In this document: positions 1-9,254 of the stretch, piece after piece
How positions within the stretch are numbered: the stretch's first letter is position 1
Layout: the number at the start of each line of letters is the position of its first letter
NCBI GenBank assembly: GCA_028291945.1
Contig: JAQGNH010000120.1
Location: 30,328-94,327 of the forward strand
Direction of reading: 5' to 3'
Length of the DNA: 64,000 nucleotides
Source of the DNA: Betaproteobacteria bacterium
Lineage (GTDB): Bacteria; Pseudomonadota; Gammaproteobacteria; Burkholderiales; SG8-41
Notes under the pieces: generated by a model
The model's database searches: none
Told to the model about the DNA's origin: nothing
Seen by the model: only the letters and a program-made list of their open reading frames with translations
Made by a program: the position numbers and the translations under genes

Positions 1-136
1 AGTGTACCCGCGCTTGCGATCTTTAGTGTATCGGGGCCTCACTGCTAAGAAACGTCAAGGCGCCTTCAAGCGCCGGCGACACGGGGGAATTCGCTTGCTT
101 CGGCGTACAATCGCGTTTTCCCCGAAGGCATCTCCG

Positions 137-1750
137 ATGTTGTCATCCACACGCGGCCGCCGCGGTATGGCGGTTGCGCCGCATGCGCTTGCTGCTCAGT
201 CTGCGCTCGACATTCTGCGCGAAGGCGGGAATGCACTCGAAGCGATGATCGCTGCAGCGGCGACCATCGCGGTTGTATACCCGCACATGAATTCGATCGG
301 CGGCGACAGTTTCTGGATGATTCACATTCCGGGCCAGACCCCCGGCGCCATCGATGCGTGCGGCGCTGCCGCCCAACGCGCATCGATAGACTGGTACCGT
401 CAGCACGGCGTTATAGACGCGATCCCGTTTCGCGGCGGGCTTGCAGCGAACACGGTCGCCGGCACGGTGTCCGGCTGGGGCGCCGCCCAATCGCTGTCCC
501 GCCGTGCTTTGCGAGGGCGCATACCGCTGTCGCGATTACTGGCCGACGCAATCTACTACGCGGACCAGGGCGTCCCACTTACGCTCAGTCAAGCTGCGAA
601 TACCGCTAAAAAAGCAGGAGAGCTGCGCGCCCTGCCCGGGTATGCAAAGACGTTTCTCGATCGCGGCAAGGTGCCTAAGACGGGTTCTTTGTTCGTGCAG
701 AAACGTCTCGCATCGACGTTGAAGCGCATCGCCGAAGCCGGAGCCGACGACTACTACCGTGGCGACCTTGCCCGCTCAATCGCCAAGGATCTGGCTCAAA
801 TCGGCAGCCCCGTCACTCTTGCTGACCTCAACGCCCATCGGGCACGCTTGACCGATCCGCTGCGCATCAAACACAGCACGGGAACCCTGTACAACACCCG
901 GCCGCCGACGCAGGGGTTGGTGTCGCTGCTCATGCTCGGAATCCTCGATCAGTTGCAGGTGAAAAGGACGGGTCCCATGAGCCCGGAGTATGTGCATCTG
1001 TGCGTTGAAGCGGCCAAGCAGGCTTTCGCGGTGCGTGACCGCTATATCGAAGATCCACGCTACATGAGCATCGATGCACAACGCCTGCTCGATCGGGGTT
1101 TCGTGCGCAAGCTCGCCTCGAAGATACGGCGCAGGCACGCAGCCCCGTGGGGTGAGCCGGGAAGAACAGGCAATGGCCCGGGCGATACGGTATGGCTCGG
1201 CGTCATCGACGACGCTGGGCGCGCGGTATCGTTCATTCAGAGCATTTACCACGAGTTCGGCTGTGGCGCCGTGCTCGATAAGACCGGCATCAACTGGCAG
1301 AACCGCGGCTGCAGTTTTTCGCTCGACCAGTTTGCGATCAATGCGCTGGTCCCCGGCAAGAAGCCGTTCCATACGCTCAATCCTGCGCTCGCGGTACTCA
1401 AGGATGGCCGAACGATGGTATACGGTTCAATGGGGGGGGACGGACAGCCGCAGAACCAGGCCGCCGTGTTCACGCGCATCGTCAATTTCGGCATGGATCC
1501 CCAGGCGGCGGTGAATGCGCCCCGCTGGCTGCTCGGGAGGACGTGGGGGCAGTCGACCGAGTCGCTCAAGCTGGAATCGCGATTCGAGATGGGGCTTGCA
1601 CACTCGCTCATGGAGTGGGGGCACGAAGTCGAGATCCTCGATCCGTACGATGAGACGGTGGGTCACGCCGGTGCGATTGTGCGCCACAAAAGCGGCGCGC
1701 TCGAAGGCGGGGCGGATCCGCGCAGCGACGGAGGCGTCGCGGCTTATTGA
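137..1750 (+). CDS. gamma-glutamyltransferase (GGT) family protein
   Basis: ORF 2..1750. Family-typical blocks: HALAAQSALDILREGGNALEAMIAAAATIAVVYPHMNSIGGDSFW, the PGDTVW region (autoprocessing Thr), FHTLNP, GSMGGDGQPQ. I chose ATG 137 over GTG 2; the start is uncertain. Confidence 0.85.
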   Translation: MLSSTRGRRGMAVAPHALAAQSALDILREGGNALEAMIAAAATIAVVYPHMNSIGGDSFWMIHIPGQTPGAIDACGAAAQRASIDWYRQHGVIDAIPFRGGLAANTVAGTVSGWGAAQSLSRRALRGRIPLSRLLADAIYYADQGVPLTLSQAANTAKKAGELRALPGYAKTFLDRGKVPKTGSLFVQKRLASTLKRIAEAGADDYYRGDLARSIAKDLAQIGSPVTLADLNAHRARLTDPLRIKHSTGTLYNTRPPTQGLVSLLMLGILDQLQVKRTGPMSPEYVHLCVEAAKQAFAVRDRYIEDPRYMSIDAQRLLDRGFVRKLASKIRRRHAAPWGEPGRTGNGPGDTVWLGVIDDAGRAVSFIQSIYHEFGCGAVLDKTGINWQNRGCSFSLDQFAINALVPGKKPFHTLNPALAVLKDGRTMVYGSMGGDGQPQNQAAVFTRIVNFGMDPQAAVNAPRWLLGRTWGQSTESLKLESRFEMGLAHSLMEWGHEVEILDPYDETVGHAGAIVRHKSGALEGGADPRSDGGVAAY

Positions 1751-1909
1751 CCGCCCGACGTCAAAACGAGCAACGCACACGAAGCGGTGGTGGGCGGCGC
1801 GCTGCGATTTCGAGGCAAGTCTACAGGGAGCGCTGTCGTCTGTTGACGTCGAACGTCATTCTGGCGAAAGTCACCGCAAGGATGTGAATCCAGAAAGCGA
1901 AGGCCGAGC

Positions 1910-3406
1910 ATGAGTGTGTTGGAAACAGTAGACGTCGTCGTGGTCGGTAGCGGCAACGCGGCATCCTGTGCTGCGCTGGCGGCTAAAGAGGCGGGTTCAG
2001 CGGTGCTGATGGTGGACGCGGCGTCGGTTGACGATCGCGGCGGCAACACGGCCTACGCCGGGGGCCAGATGCGTGTCGCGTTTGATGGCATTGACGATCT
2101 CACCCGGGTGATTGCAGACCTCACCGACGAAGAGATCCGCAACACGGATTTCGGCGTGTACTCCCGCGCCGATTTCTTCGACGACATGGCGCGAGTGACA
2201 CAGTACCGCTGCCATCCTGAGCTCGTCGAATATGTCATCGAGAACAGCCTCGAGACCCTCGTGTGGCTGCGAAGCAAAGGCGTGAGATTCGAAGCGGCTT
2301 TCGGACGGCAGGCGTCGAAGGTGGACGGCAAGATGAAGTTCTGGGGCGGGCTGCCGTGCATTGTATGGGGTGGCGGCGCGGGCCTGATCGAGGCGCTGCA
2401 CGCGAAAGCTTCAAAGGACGGCATCCGTATACTCTACGACACGCCCGCGGTGGGGCTTCTTCGCGACTCGAGACGCATCACCGGTATCACCACGCTGCAC
2501 AAGGGCGAGATGCGTGAGGTTCGCGCGAAAGCGGTCGTGCTCGCGTGCGGCGGTTTCGAGGCAAACGCGGAAATGCGGACACGCTATCTCGGCATCAACT
2601 GGGACTTGGCCAAAGTGCGCGGCACGCGTTTCAATACCGGAGCGGGGCTGCGCATGGCGCTCGAAGCGGGCGCAAGATCGTATGGACACTGGTCGTGCGC
2701 GCACGCGAGCTTCTGGGAGCTCAATGCCCCCGAGTACGGCGACCCGGTGGTGAAAGGCGCTTACCAGAAGCTCAGCTATCCTTTCGGCGTGATGGTGAAT
2801 GCGAACGGCGATCGTTTCATCGATGAAGGCGAAGACTATCAGACGCTCACCTACGCCCGTTTCGGGCGTGAAGTGCTGGCACAGCCGGGACTGTTTGCGT
2901 GGCAGGTTTTCGATCAGCGTGCGATCCCGATGCTGCGGGATACTTACCGCATCCGTCAGGTGACGAAAGCGCAGGGCGCAACGCTGGAAGAGCTCGCGTC
3001 GAAAATGGAAGGTGTCAATGCCGGGCGTTTTCTCGACACGATTGAGGCATTCAATCGCGCCGCGCCCACCTCGGATGCGCCTCTCAATGCGAGCGTGAAA
3101 GACGGCCTCGCGACTCAGGGCCTCGCGCTGCCCAAGTCGAACTGGGCGCGGCCGGTGGATCGTGGACCGTTCGAGGCCTTCGCGGTCACCGCCGGAATTA
3201 CCTTCACTTTCGGCGGCTTGAAGATCACGACCAAGGCCGAAGTCGAGGACGATGCCGGTACCCCGATCCCGGGCCTGTTTACCGCGGGTGAGATGGTTGG
3301 GGGTCTCTTCTATCATAACTACCCGAGCGGCACGGGATTGACGTGCGGCGCGGTATTCGGTCGCACCGCGGGCCGCAGCGCCGCGGCGTTCGCGCGCAGC
3401 GTGTGA
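1910..3406 (+). CDS. FAD-dependent oxidoreductase, tricarballylate dehydrogenase (TcuA)/fumarate-reductase flavoprotein-like
   Basis: N-terminal dinucleotide fold VDVVVVGSGNAASCAALAAKEAG. C-terminal GLFTAGEMVGGLFYHNYPSGTGL block typical of FRD/SDH-type flavoproteins. Length is similar to TcuA. Confidence 0.8.
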   Translation: MSVLETVDVVVVGSGNAASCAALAAKEAGSAVLMVDAASVDDRGGNTAYAGGQMRVAFDGIDDLTRVIADLTDEEIRNTDFGVYSRADFFDDMARVTQYRCHPELVEYVIENSLETLVWLRSKGVRFEAAFGRQASKVDGKMKFWGGLPCIVWGGGAGLIEALHAKASKDGIRILYDTPAVGLLRDSRRITGITTLHKGEMREVRAKAVVLACGGFEANAEMRTRYLGINWDLAKVRGTRFNTGAGLRMALEAGARSYGHWSCAHASFWELNAPEYGDPVVKGAYQKLSYPFGVMVNANGDRFIDEGEDYQTLTYARFGREVLAQPGLFAWQVFDQRAIPMLRDTYRIRQVTKAQGATLEELASKMEGVNAGRFLDTIEAFNRAAPTSDAPLNASVKDGLATQGLALPKSNWARPVDRGPFEAFAVTAGITFTFGGLKITTKAEVEDDAGTPIPGLFTAGEMVGGLFYHNYPSGTGLTCGAVFGRTAGRSAAAFARSV

Positions 3407-3489
3407 GGGAGAATCATGTCGTCGGTGTTTCAATCCGTATTTCGATGCGGCCGGGCACTATCGAGCAACGACGAGCGGATCAGTAAGTT

Positions 3490-4116
3490 ATGGAACCTTA
3501 CAGTCGCCTGACTGCCGTCGCAGTCCCGCTCGACGACGCAAACATCGATACCGGGCGCATATTTCCCTCCCGCTTTTTGCGCAAGCCGCGCTCAGCGGGC
3601 TATCACAATTTCCTGTTTCGAGACGCGCGCTTCGACGAGACGGGCAACGAGCGGCCCGACTTCATCATGAATCGCGCGCCGTACCGCGCTGCGAGAATCG
3701 TCGTCGCCGGTGCGAACTTTGCCTGCGGCTCTTCGCGCGAGCCTGCGGTGTATGCGTTGGTCGACGCGGGTTTCCGCTGCGTCATCGCGCCGAGCCTCGG
3801 CGACATTTTTTTCAGCAACTGCTTCCGCAACGGGCTCCTTCCAGTGGTGCTCCCCGCGCATGACGTAATCGAGCTGCGTCGCCAGTTGCACGCGCAGCCC
3901 GGCGCGCATATGACCGTCGATCTGGATGCGCAGCACGTGCACGGTCCGGACGGAGGCGTATACCCCTTCGAGATCGACGCGACGCGCAAGCTCAGGCTTG
4001 CGCAAGGCCTTGACGACGCTGCGCTCGCACGAGCTTACCTCGCTGAGATCGAGCGGTTCGAGCGAGAGCATCTCGCGGCGTGGCCCTGGGCAGCGGTTCG
4101 CGCAAAGGCCACATGA
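3490..4116 (+). CDS. aconitase-family dehydratase small subunit (LeuD-like)
   Basis: IVVAGANFACGSSREPAVYALVDAGFRCVIAPSLGDIFFSNCFRNGLLPV is the LeuD/aconitase swivel-domain signature. About 208 aa. Confidence 0.85.
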   Translation: MEPYSRLTAVAVPLDDANIDTGRIFPSRFLRKPRSAGYHNFLFRDARFDETGNERPDFIMNRAPYRAARIVVAGANFACGSSREPAVYALVDAGFRCVIAPSLGDIFFSNCFRNGLLPVVLPAHDVIELRRQLHAQPGAHMTVDLDAQHVHGPDGGVYPFEIDATRKLRLAQGLDDAALARAYLAEIERFEREHLAAWPWAAVRAKAT

Positions 4117-4158
4117 TCACGCAGTCTCTTCTCTTACGCGCAACGATGGGCGTCGTGC

Positions 4159-5577
4159 ATGCCGACACACGTGAATAGACCTCTGACTCTCTTCGAGAAG
4201 ATCTGGAATCGCCACGTCGTGACGGCATCCGCGGACGGCGAGTCGCTCCTCTACGTCGACCGCAATCTCGTGCATGAAGGATCGTTCCTCGCGTTCGACT
4301 TGCTCAGGCACGCCGGCTCGCGCGTGCGAAAGCCGAGCGGCACTCTCGCGTTTGTCGATCATTTTGCGCCGACGCGCCGAGTCGAAGGCGACAGGGCGGC
4401 CGCGATATTCGATGCGGACGGCCGCCACGTCATCATGGAGCTCGAGAAGAATGCGCAAGCGCACAGTCTTGAGTTTTTCGGCCTCGCCGACGAGCTCCAG
4501 GGCATCATGCACGTCGTAGGGCCCGAGCTCGGCCTGGTGCTGCCGGGCCTCGTCATCACCGGAAACGACTCGCACACCTGCACGAACGGCGCGTTTAGCG
4601 CATTCGCGTTCGGCATCGGCCAGTCCGAGATCAAGCAGGTCTTGGAGACGCAGACCGTGTGGCGCAGCAAGCCGAAAACGATGCGCGTGTGTATCGCCGG
4701 TGGACTGCCGCCGCGCGTGTTCAGCAAGGACGCCGCCCTCGCGCTGATCGGCCGTTTGGGCGCGGGCGCAGGCACGGGCTACGTGATCGAATACGCCGGT
4801 TCGTGTGTTGCGGCCATGAGCATGGAAGCGCGCATGAGCTTGTGCAACATGTCCATCGAAGCGGGCGCGCGCTCTGGAATGGTCGGGCCCGACGCGACGA
4901 CATTCGATTACCTGTCGCGCTGTCCGCGCGCGCCCAAAGCCGGCGACTGGAACGACGCTTTGGAGGCGTGGAAGGGCCTTGCCACAGAAGTCGGCGCTCA
5001 GTTCGATCGCGAAGTCAGCCTCGATGGGAATAAGCTCGTGCCGATGGTGACCTGGGGCACGAGCCTCGATCAGTCCGCCGGTATCGAGGGCACGGTTCCG
5101 CGGCCGGCCGATGTAGAAGATGCGGACAAACGTGCAGTGCTCGAGCGCGCGATTTCGTATATGGGCCTGTCGCCCGGAACGGCGCTGCGGGGAATACCGA
5201 TCGATCGTGCGTTCATCGGCTCGTGCACGAATGCGCGCGTCGAAGACCTGCGCGCCGCTGCCGAGATATTGAAAAGCAGCCGCGTGCGCGTTCCGACGTT
5301 GATCTCACCCGGCTCGATGTCGGTAAAACGGCAGGCCGAGTCGGAAGGGCTGGACCGCATATTCGTGAGCGCCGGTGCCGAGTGGGGCGATGCGAGCTGC
5401 TCGATGTGCGTAGGTTCCAACGGCGACCTCGTCGCCTCGGGCCAGCGCTGCGCCTCGAGCTCGCCTCGGAACTTCGAAGGGCGCCAGGGCATAGGCGCTC
5501 GCACGCACGTCATGAGTCCTGCGATGGTCGCTGCTGCTGCAGTGGCAGGCGCTCTAGTCGATGTGCGAGCGTTTTAG
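4159..5577 (+). CDS. aconitase-family dehydratase large subunit (LeuC-like)
   Basis: LFEKIWNRHVV, DRNLVHEGS, GNDSHTCTNGAF and GSCTNARVEDL (Fe-S cluster Cys ligand regions). 472 aa. Confidence 0.9.
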   Translation: MPTHVNRPLTLFEKIWNRHVVTASADGESLLYVDRNLVHEGSFLAFDLLRHAGSRVRKPSGTLAFVDHFAPTRRVEGDRAAAIFDADGRHVIMELEKNAQAHSLEFFGLADELQGIMHVVGPELGLVLPGLVITGNDSHTCTNGAFSAFAFGIGQSEIKQVLETQTVWRSKPKTMRVCIAGGLPPRVFSKDAALALIGRLGAGAGTGYVIEYAGSCVAAMSMEARMSLCNMSIEAGARSGMVGPDATTFDYLSRCPRAPKAGDWNDALEAWKGLATEVGAQFDREVSLDGNKLVPMVTWGTSLDQSAGIEGTVPRPADVEDADKRAVLERAISYMGLSPGTALRGIPIDRAFIGSCTNARVEDLRAAAEILKSSRVRVPTLISPGSMSVKRQAESEGLDRIFVSAGAEWGDASCSMCVGSNGDLVASGQRCASSSPRNFEGRQGIGARTHVMSPAMVAAAAVAGALVDVRAF

Positions 5578-5742
5578 ATTTATGTTGCGGGCGGGGAGCA
5601 AATCTGGCTCGCGCCCAAGGGCGTGTGAGAGTCATTCCGCGCTGGCCTACTCGCACGAGCGCAACTCGGTGATATGCGCGAGGTCTGGGCGGTGTGTTTT
5701 GATCAACGGTCGATGATGGATGTGTCCTCTCGTCAAAGCTCG

Positions 5743-6801
5743 CTACAGAGCCGCGGCGACGGCTTTGCCGAGGTCCGACGTAGAAGCCTTGCCGCCTAGA
5801 TCCGGCGTTTTAGGTCCTTCCTGCAGCACGTTCTCGATGGCTTTGAGCACTGCAGCGCCCGCTTCCGGGCAACCGAGGTGATCGAGCATCATGGCCCCCG
5901 ACCAGATCTGCCCGACCGGATTTGCGATCTTGCGTCCATAGATATCGGGCGCAGAGCCGTGCACCGGCTCGAACAGCGATGGATACGCGCGTTCCGGATT
6001 GATGTTAGCCGACGGCGCAATGCCGATCGTTCCCGTCGCTGCAGGTCCGAGGTCGGAAAGGATGTCACCGAACAGATTCGAGCCCACCACGACATCGAAC
6101 CAGTCGGGATGCATTACGAAATGCGCGCACAGGATATCGATGTGAAACCAGTCGGTCTTCACTTCCGGGTATTCGGCGGCCATCGCCTTGACGCGCTCGT
6201 CCCAGTACGGCATTGAAATCGAAATTCCATTCGACTTGGTTGCCGAAGTCAGGTGTTTTTTCGGACGTGTCATAGCGAGCTCGTACGCGTATTTGAGTAT
6301 GCGGTCGACGCCGTGCCGCGAGAACACCGCCTGCTGCGTCACGAACTCGCGGTCCGTTCCTGCGTACATGCGCCCGCCGACTGACGAGTATTCCCCCTCG
6401 CTGTTCTCGCGCACGACCCAGAAGTCGATCTCTCCCGGTTTACGGTTGGCCAGCGGACATTTCATCCCGGGCATCAGGCGCACCGGACGCAGGTTCACGT
6501 ACTGGTCGTAGCCGCGACGAAACGGAATCAGCAAACCCCACAGTGAAATGTGATCGGGCACCGTAGCGGGCCAACCGGCTGCGCCGAAGAACACTGCATC
6601 GTGCTCCTCGAGCTGGTCGAGCGCGTCCTCCGGCATCATGCGTCCGTGCTTCTGATAGTAATCGCAGCTCCAGTCGAATTCGTCGAACTTCCACTCGATG
6701 CCAAACTTGCGGCCGGCCGTTTCGAGCACGCGCAAGCCTTCTGGCATGACTTCCTTGCCGATGCCGTCGCCAGGAATGACTGCGATACGAAATTGTTTCA
6801 T
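5743..6801 (-). CDS. tartrate dehydrogenase/decarboxylase or D-malate dehydrogenase (isocitrate/isopropylmalate dehydrogenase family)
   Basis: The N-terminus MKQFRIAVIPGDGIGKEVMPEGLRVLE and the WSCDYYQKHGRMMPED block match the TtuC/DmlA subfamily rather than LeuB. GGAG lies 9 nt upstream of the ATG. Confidence 0.85.
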   Translation of the reverse strand: MKQFRIAVIPGDGIGKEVMPEGLRVLETAGRKFGIEWKFDEFDWSCDYYQKHGRMMPEDALDQLEEHDAVFFGAAGWPATVPDHISLWGLLIPFRRGYDQYVNLRPVRLMPGMKCPLANRKPGEIDFWVVRENSEGEYSSVGGRMYAGTDREFVTQQAVFSRHGVDRILKYAYELAMTRPKKHLTSATKSNGISISMPYWDERVKAMAAEYPEVKTDWFHIDILCAHFVMHPDWFDVVVGSNLFGDILSDLGPAATGTIGIAPSANINPERAYPSLFEPVHGSAPDIYGRKIANPVGQIWSGAMMLDHLGCPEAGAAVLKAIENVLQEGPKTPDLGGKASTSDLGKAVAAAL

Positions 6802-6825
6802 GTCAGAAGCTCCGAAAAGCGTTTA

Positions 6826-6959
6826 CCACGAAGGACACAAAGGACACCAGTCGACACACATCAAGGGCTGTAACAAGAGCGCGAGCTCGGAAGCAACACT
6901 TGGTCATTCGTCGTCGAAACGGTTATTGCAGTCCTTTGTGGCCTTCGTGACCTTTGTGG
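6826..6959. repeat. Inverted pair of 9-mer-periodic repeats (RAAGGACRC family) enclosing about 80 bp
   Basis: 6826-6848 is ccacgaaggacacaaaggacacc. 6931-6959 is gtcctttgtggccttcgtgacctttgtgg. The reverse complement of the left arm matches the right arm at 18 of 20 positions. The same 9-mer family recurs at 14501-14536. Confidence 0.6.
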
Positions 6960-6977
6960 TTGATTGGTTTTGATTTC

Positions 6978-7007
6978 ATAAAAAGCAAAGGGCAGCCGAG
7001 GCTGCCC
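6978..7007 (-). terminator. Rho-independent terminator of rpmE
   Basis: 7-bp GC stem GGGCAGC/GCTGCCC (6990-6996 / 7001-7007), 4-nt loop. On the minus strand it is followed by TTTGCTTTTTA. It sits 26 nt after the rpmE stop. Confidence 0.7.
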
Positions 7008-7032
7008 TTCATCCTGCCGAACGTCGGCTGTT

Positions 7033-7263
7033 TTAAGCGGCTTCTTGCGGCTTGGCCGCGGGCTTGCTTGCGTATTTCTGACGGAATTTCTCGACACGGC
7101 CTGCGGTGTCGACCATCTTCTGCTTACCCGTGTAGAACGGATGACACGCGGAGCAGACCTCGATATGCAGGTCCTTGCCGAGGGTCGAGCGCGTGGTCCA
7201 CGAGTTGCCGCAGCTGCACGTGATCGTAATGTTTCTATAGTCGGGGTGGATTTTCGCTTTCAT
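7033..7263 (-). CDS. rpmE: 50S ribosomal protein L31 (Zn-binding type)
   Basis: [22 protein letters not shown]...[14 protein letters not shown] is the canonical L31 sequence with CxC...CxxC. Confidence 0.97.
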   Translation of the reverse strand: MKAKIHPDYRNITITCSCGNSWTTRSTLGKDLHIEVCSACHPFYTGKQKMVDTAGRVEKFRQKYASKPAAKPQEAA

Positions 7264-7399
7264 GGCGATATCTCTGCTTGCGGCTTAACGCCGCTGGAAA
7301 CGGAAAGCTGCGCATTATCGATGATTCTGCGACGGACGGCAACCCGCGATATTTCCTGCGACCGACCGACGGGAATTTCCAGTTCAATCGCTGGCCGTA

Positions 7400-7858
7400 C
7401 TAACGAAGCAACGGCCGCTGTCCGGGCGCCCCACCCTCCAGCAATGCACAACACGCCCGGATCCGCTCCTCGCCGATGGCTTCGGGCACGACGCGGAAGT
7501 GCGAGTGACCGGCCAGCACGTCGAGGGCGACGATGTAGATCCCGCCCGCGCGCGTGTCGAGCGCGATGTGCCCGATGTCGATGCCGTTGCCGTGAAGCAC
7601 GTGATGGCCGGGCACCGCGTCAATGCGGAAATAGGCGCCCGGCGATGTGCTCCCGACGAGCCGGCCGTTCAAATAAAGCACCGAATCGGTGTCGTAGTAG
7701 TTGAACGGGCTGCGATAAACGTAAATGCTGGACGCGTCGGGATGCGTCACGAACGTCTTGGCCGCCGCATCACGATCGGGACTTGCGTGAGGCGTCCACG
7801 AGCACGCTGAAAGAAGCGCAACGAGCAGCGTGGTTAACGCCGCGGCAATGCGCAACAC
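7400..7858 (-). CDS. DUF2846-like lipoprotein (paralog 1 of 3)
   Basis: Lipobox LLSAC. AAAKTF..SSIYVYR...LNGRLVGSTSPGAYFRIDAVPGHHVL pattern. The longest ORF (to 7921) overlaps the upstream paralog, so GTG 7858 (VLRIAA...) is preferred. Confidence 0.7.
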   Translation of the reverse strand: MLRIAAALTTLLVALLSACSWTPHASPDRDAAAKTFVTHPDASSIYVYRSPFNYYDTDSVLYLNGRLVGSTSPGAYFRIDAVPGHHVLHGNGIDIGHIALDTRAGGIYIVALDVLAGHSHFRVVPEAIGEERIRACCALLEGGAPGQRPLLR

Positions 7859-7868
7859 GTCTGCGTTA

Positions 7869-8309
7869 CTACCCGGCAGCAGGTACGGCTCGAGCCATGG
7901 CTGCGCGCGCTCGCGCTTCACTCATGACCGAGAAGAACGAATGCGGATTGGTTGCACGCCAGCTTCCAGACACTGTGTGCTGGATGAAATAGACTCGGTC
8001 GGGTTGCACGTCGAACGTCATCGCGCCGTTATCCTCGCCGTAACCTGAGATGCGATGTCGTCCAGGTGGCAATTCCAGACGGAAGTAAGTGCCTGCGAAG
8101 GTCGCTCCGATGATTTGATCGTCCAGTACCAACTGGGCGGTCAGGTAGCTCATGTCGGGTCGCGTCCGCACGATGTACACGACGGCTTTACCCGGAGTGC
8201 TTTCTATTCGGGGCGCCGCAGCGGACTGAGGCGCAGGCGCCATCGGGGCGCATGCAGTCAGCCCTGCGATCGTTGCAATGGCAACTATCCACATTTTCAA
8301 CATGATCAT
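7869..8309 (-). CDS. DUF2846-like lipoprotein (paralog 2 of 3)
   Basis: Lipobox GLTAC. PGKAVVYIVR...LDDQIIGATFAGTYFRLELPPGRHRI. ATGA overlap with the upstream gene's stop. Confidence 0.7.
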   Translation of the reverse strand: MIMLKMWIVAIATIAGLTACAPMAPAPQSAAAPRIESTPGKAVVYIVRTRPDMSYLTAQLVLDDQIIGATFAGTYFRLELPPGRHRISGYGEDNGAMTFDVQPDRVYFIQHTVSGSWRATNPHSFFSVMSEARARAAMARAVPAAG

Positions 8310-8743
8310 CGACCTCCTACGAGTTCCGCGCGCAGGATTGCGCCGCGGCCATACGGTTCAGGAATAGGGCGGAAAAAGGATTGGCCGAAGCCAGTGAAAC
8401 CGCGAGTGTACGATTGCTGCACGAAATACATCCGGTCGGGAGCGGCGTCGAGCGTCATCGAACCGGCATCTCCGGCAAAACCTCTGATCTGATGGCGCCC
8501 GGGCTCGACCACCCACCGAAAATACGTCCCGGGGTAGGTCGTTCCCATCATAGTGTCGTCCAGCATCACCGTGGCGGCCTCGCGTGAAATGTCGGGCAGA
8601 TCGCGAACCATGTAGATCACAGCCTTACCGGGCACCGGCTCGAAGCGCTTGGCCTGGATGTCCTGCGGGCTGGGCGGCAGCGGTGCGCAACCCGCGAGCG
8701 CGAACGCCAGCAACAAGATGCGAAACATCGGGTACACCGCCAT
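8306..8743 (-). CDS. DUF2846-like lipoprotein (paralog 3 of 3)
   Basis: Lipobox ALAGC. PGKAVIYMVR...LDDTMMGTTYPGTYFRWVVEPGRHQI. The start could be 8770, 8743 or 8728. Confidence 0.7.
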   Translation of the reverse strand: MAVYPMFRILLLAFALAGCAPLPPSPQDIQAKRFEPVPGKAVIYMVRDLPDISREAATVMLDDTMMGTTYPGTYFRWVVEPGRHQIRGFAGDAGSMTLDAAPDRMYFVQQSYTRGFTGFGQSFFRPIPEPYGRGAILRAELVGGR

Positions 8744-8828
8744 TATTCCGGGGCGCGATGCCGGACCCATGCCCGAACGTTATCTAATACCACGATTGGA
8801 CAGTTCGATCCTTCGGAGAGTTCGATCC

Positions 8829-9161
8829 CTATGCCGGAGGACGGCAGACGTCGAGCTTCTTGAGGTGGGGCATAAGCGCCTCACGCTCCTCCCGTTCCTG
8901 GTTGTTCCGAGAGAAGGCGACGACCTGTCGCCATTCGGCAGGCGTCATGTTCTTGTTGAGCGTCTCCAGCATGCAGCCGCAGAAAGCCTCCACTTTGGCT
9001 TCCGGGTCACCTTGCTGCTTACCGCCGTCACGGCAGGCACTTTGTGCGGCGCGCTTGTAGTCCGCGATCTGGGCTTCCGTGACCGTGGACGTGGTTATCT
9101 GAGCCCATGCCGAACCGGCCATGGTGCACGTAAGCAGTACCGCGAAAGTGCGAAGCTTCAT
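8829..9161 (-). CDS. small secreted Cys-containing hypothetical protein
   Basis: Internal ATG 9161 is preceded by GAGGA 6 nt upstream. Signal peptide MKLRTFAVLLTCTMAGSAWAQ. 4 Cys in the mature part. No family recognised. Confidence 0.55.
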   Translation of the reverse strand: MKLRTFAVLLTCTMAGSAWAQITTSTVTEAQIADYKRAAQSACRDGGKQQGDPEAKVEAFCGCMLETLNKNMTPAEWRQVVAFSRNNQEREEREALMPHLKKLDVCRPPA

Positions 9162-9254
9162 TCGTATCCTCAAGGTAAGACAGAAAGGGTCCAGCTGCAT
9201 CCGACCACGGCCCGGCTGGGACGTTCCGGCGCAGAGATGTCGACCAGACACAAA

